Part shown: piece by piece, positions 60,684-64,000 of the stretch
Layout: the number at the start of each line of letters is the position of its first letter
How positions within the stretch are numbered: the first letter of the stretch is position 1
From: Vicugna vicugna
Lineage: Eukaryota
DNA length: 64,000 nt
Direction: 5' to 3'
Assembly (NCBI GenBank): GCA_013265495.1
Contig: MU058059.1
Location: 2,889,502 to 2,953,501 of the forward strand
Program-made: the position numbers and the translations under genes
Notes under the pieces: model-generated
What the model was told of the DNA's origin: nothing
What the model saw: the letters and a program-made list of their open reading frames with translations, nothing else
The model's database searches: none

Positions 60684-61720
60684 TGATGGACCAAGATTTA
60701 AAGCCATCATAGAAACTGGAATCTTAGCCCCCTCTCCAAAAAAAAGGGAAGAAAAGAAATCATAGTAATGGATCTACAATTAAAGAAAAAAAAACCTGCC
60801 CATTGTGTATAAATTGTATAAGAACTCCTCCTAAAGATCGGAAATGTTTTAAAATTGAATTATCAGTTCAATCGTAGTCAAAGACCACTTTTAAAAATTG
60901 ACCATAATCACTTGACATTTTTTGTTGTTGTTGCTATTTAAGTTTCTAGAATGCGGAAAACTTGAAATTACCATCATCCAAGTTAAGACTTGTAGTGGTG
61001 ATTTAACTGAAAGAGAGACAGGGCATAACTAGCTGCCTACAGGGTCTTTGAGAACCACTGGCAGGTGTGGGAAGGAGGTGAAAACATCCCAGACTTTACC
61101 CCGTTTGTTCTGCCCCCCACAGCTCCTCTCGTGCCCCCGTTATCCAGTCGTTTATCTTGCGATGACTTGTGCATCGTGTCCCCTTATTACGGGCGTCCCT
61201 GTGAAATCTCATGTAGCCGCTCACTGTAACAGGAAAGGGATCTTTGTAACTGAGATTTATAAGCCACTGACCACATGTCATTCACTGTGACGTAAAGGTG
61301 ATTTATATTTCTCTTACAAAATCTCCCTCTTCACTTTTAGAAAGTGAAAATGTGTAACTGCGTTTAACATTCGAACATTGTACCTCAGTAAGCGGTTTAA
61401 AACTTGACTCCATCTAGTGCATCCAGAATTACTGTATTTGCTTTTTTTAGCAAGTTGGTTTAGTATTATTTTAGGGAAGAGAAATGCTTGTTTGATGATG
61501 ATGACAGTGAGGTTTAATGCATCCTTGGAAGCGTGCGTGCCTGGGCAGAGTTGGCATTCTTAGAGTCTGTGAGGAGGGCTGTGCAAAGCGGCCTTTTAGC
61601 CCGGGTGACAGTCCTGTTCCCCCCTGACTGTGGACTTCATGCTTTAGACGAGGCCTGCTGACAGTGCTGGGGCCTTTGCTCTTTGGTGTAACACAGTGTT
61701 CCTTAATGCGCCGCCTCTGA

Positions 61721-62017
<297 letters not shown>

Positions 62018-62022
62018 TGAGG

Positions 62023-62224
62023 CAGGGGTCGGCCAGCTGTGGTTTGTGCAGCCCAAGAACTAAGAATGGTTTTTACAATTTTTATAGCATTGTTAAAAAA
62101 AAAACCCAAAAACCTAAAAGTAAACCTATAAAGTAAACCTAAAAAAGCAAAGATGCCGACGTGACTTGCAAAGCCTGAAATATTTGCTGTCTGGCCCTTT
62201 GCAGAAAAGGCTTGTTGGACCCTG
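62023..62224. mobile_element. MER58-type hAT-Charlie MITE
   Basis: TIR-like ends 'caggggtcggcca' and 'ttgttggaccctg'; internal 'ctaagaatggtttttaca' and 'gcaaagcctgaaatatttgctgtctggccctttgcagaaaa'. Confidence 0.75.
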
Positions 62225-62619
62225 GGCTAAAGCTGTTTTTTATCATTTCCATTCAGAGGAGCTGGCCGTTAATTTCCTTTATGGGTCCAAACGGGGTATG
62301 TTATTACTAAAATACTAAAGTAGGCAGTTGGTTTTTTTTTCCTCGAGAGCCTCTCTTGCAGTGAGCTGGAAAATACGCCGTCCTTGCCCATTATCTGTGT
62401 AAACAGACGACGTGTGTGCGCGGCCTCTGTCTGTTACCCGGCCAGTGTGATTTAAATACAGATTTCTTTTAAATTTCAGGGAGTGAATGTGTTCTCACAA
62501 AGGGGTCCAGGCCATGAATATGTATTTTTGTTCATTTGCAGCAGAAATGCAAATCCTGTTTTGTGGGGCTCCCATGATAAGATTAAAGCTGAGTGTTTCT
62601 TGGAGAACATCCTGCATGT

Positions 62620-63200
62620 TGATGAAGTTAAAAACTGGTGGTGAGGGCTTCAAGACGGCGGCTCAAGCCAGCGTCCTCCCCGCCAACAGCCCCACTTAGC
62701 GGGTCAGCTTCCTGGTTTGCCCGCCCATTGGCCGCCGGTCCGCCCGCCCTCCACTCGCACCTCACTGGGGGGCCGGACGTGAATGTGAGCGGGCCCTGCC
62801 CTCCAGGTGTGTGCGTCCGTCCCATCGGCGCAAGTCAGCAGCAGAGCCAGTCAGTCACAGCCCAGGCGCTGCCGCCGCCCCGCCTGCGACCTCCCCGCCC
62901 GCCGCCCTCTGCACGGGGTAGATTCCGCGTGTTGTCACCACTTCTCTGAATAGGCGTGTGTTTCGTTCCTTGGTCCCTCGTCAGTGCCCCTCCCTGCTTC
63001 CTGAGTGCCTCCATGGGACCGGCTTCACCGTGGGGACACCCAGAGCAGTGCCCTGGGGTCCCTGGGGACGCGCCAGGCGAGGGAGGGATGGAGGTGAGGG
63101 CGCGGGGCCGCGGCGGGCTTCTCCGAGGGGAGGGCCATCCTGAGTGCGCCGTAGCTGTGGGCAGCCCTGCCCGGCTGAGGGCCTCGCACCTGTCCGCGTG
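62620..63200 (+). promoter_or_regulatory. Intragenic CpG-rich, promoter-like segment in MTCL1 intron 3
   Basis: Reverse CCAAT (ATTGG 62727-62731) next to several CCGCCC boxes; high CpG density. Confidence 0.45.
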
Positions 63201-64000
63201 AGGCTGAGTAATTCATGCCCCCGTTTCCTTCGGCCTGAGTTTGCTAGAAGGCATGCTGTCGTGAGATTTTCCCTCAGTTTCCAGTTGGAACCTCACCTTG
63301 AGGGTATGGGAAACAACCTGGAAGTCTGTTTTGTAAATTCTACGTGCGCGTACGTGTAAAGATGCAGATCACACACCTAAGTGAATGCCTGTGTGGAGAG
63401 CAAGCAGAGACCCTTGCACGTTTAGACGGATTTGTGAAGGACTTGGCATCAGGTCAGGAACAGCTCTCTGGGGAGAGAGTGGTCACTGAGGTTGGAGGCA
63501 GGGACCCTGAGAGTGGTGAGGTGGGCTCAGGCGGGCTGCGAGGGGGGGGTGGGCGGTCGGCCCCTCCCTTTCTCTAGGGGTTAAAATGACTCACGAGGAT
63601 GGCTCCTCTGGGACCCAGGAATGGTATTTGACCTCTGGAGCTGCAGTCAGACCAGTGGGGCTGCGTGTGTACACCAGGCATCTTGGTGCTCAGGAGGCTG
63701 AGGAGTCTGGACACTGGTGGACTGTGCTGGACGTGGAGAGTGGAGAAGCGAGCCGCCTGCGGTTCAGAGGTGGCCGGTGGGGCTGCTTATCAGAGAATGC
63801 CGGCTGGGGTCTCTGAGAATGGGTTCTCTTTACCGAAGCCAGGACAGAGTCCGCTGAGGGGGCTGCTGGAGAGCCGGGATGGTCTTTTCTCCATCCTGAG
63901 CCTTGTTCACCTTGGGAGTTTGGCAGCTGCACAAAGCACCACTTTCTGGGAAAGGCGGCGACAGTCGTGCCCCATGTGTGTCCCCAGGGCAGGTGCAGTT

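Overview
Mammalian genomic DNA, most likely a camelid (alpaca/camel), judged from five Vic-1-like tRNA-derived SINEs. Two + strand protein-coding genes are present. RAB12 is complete: six coding exons, join 1944-2169, 13760-13820, 18949-19087, 20778-20867, 21495-21599, 22513-22626 = 735 nt, 244 aa plus stop, all introns GT-AG, poly(A) signal at 23669. MTCL1/SOGA2 is partial: the first three coding exons lie at 50129-51184, 60255-60479 and 61775-61933, and the gene runs off the right edge. Both genes start in CpG islands that contain assembly gaps. The ~26 kb intergenic interval holds two orphan CpG islands (one with an 18-bp tandem repeat carrying an ETS motif in every unit), many 5'-truncated L1 tails, MIR/L2 relics, an MLT1 LTR and two ERV1-type solo LTRs just upstream of MTCL1. 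No tRNA, rRNA or CRISPR features were found. Nearly all other ORFs in the six-frame track are chance ORFs of GC-rich DNA. I cannot demonstrate a new biological system. The best leads are candidate spliced non-coding transcripts from the two orphan islands, upstream/overlapping ORFs at both start codons, and patchy AT-to-GC/CpG enrichment suggesting GC-biased gene conversion. Repeat family names come from recalled consensus sequences, not a search, and repeat boundaries are approximate unless TSDs are given.
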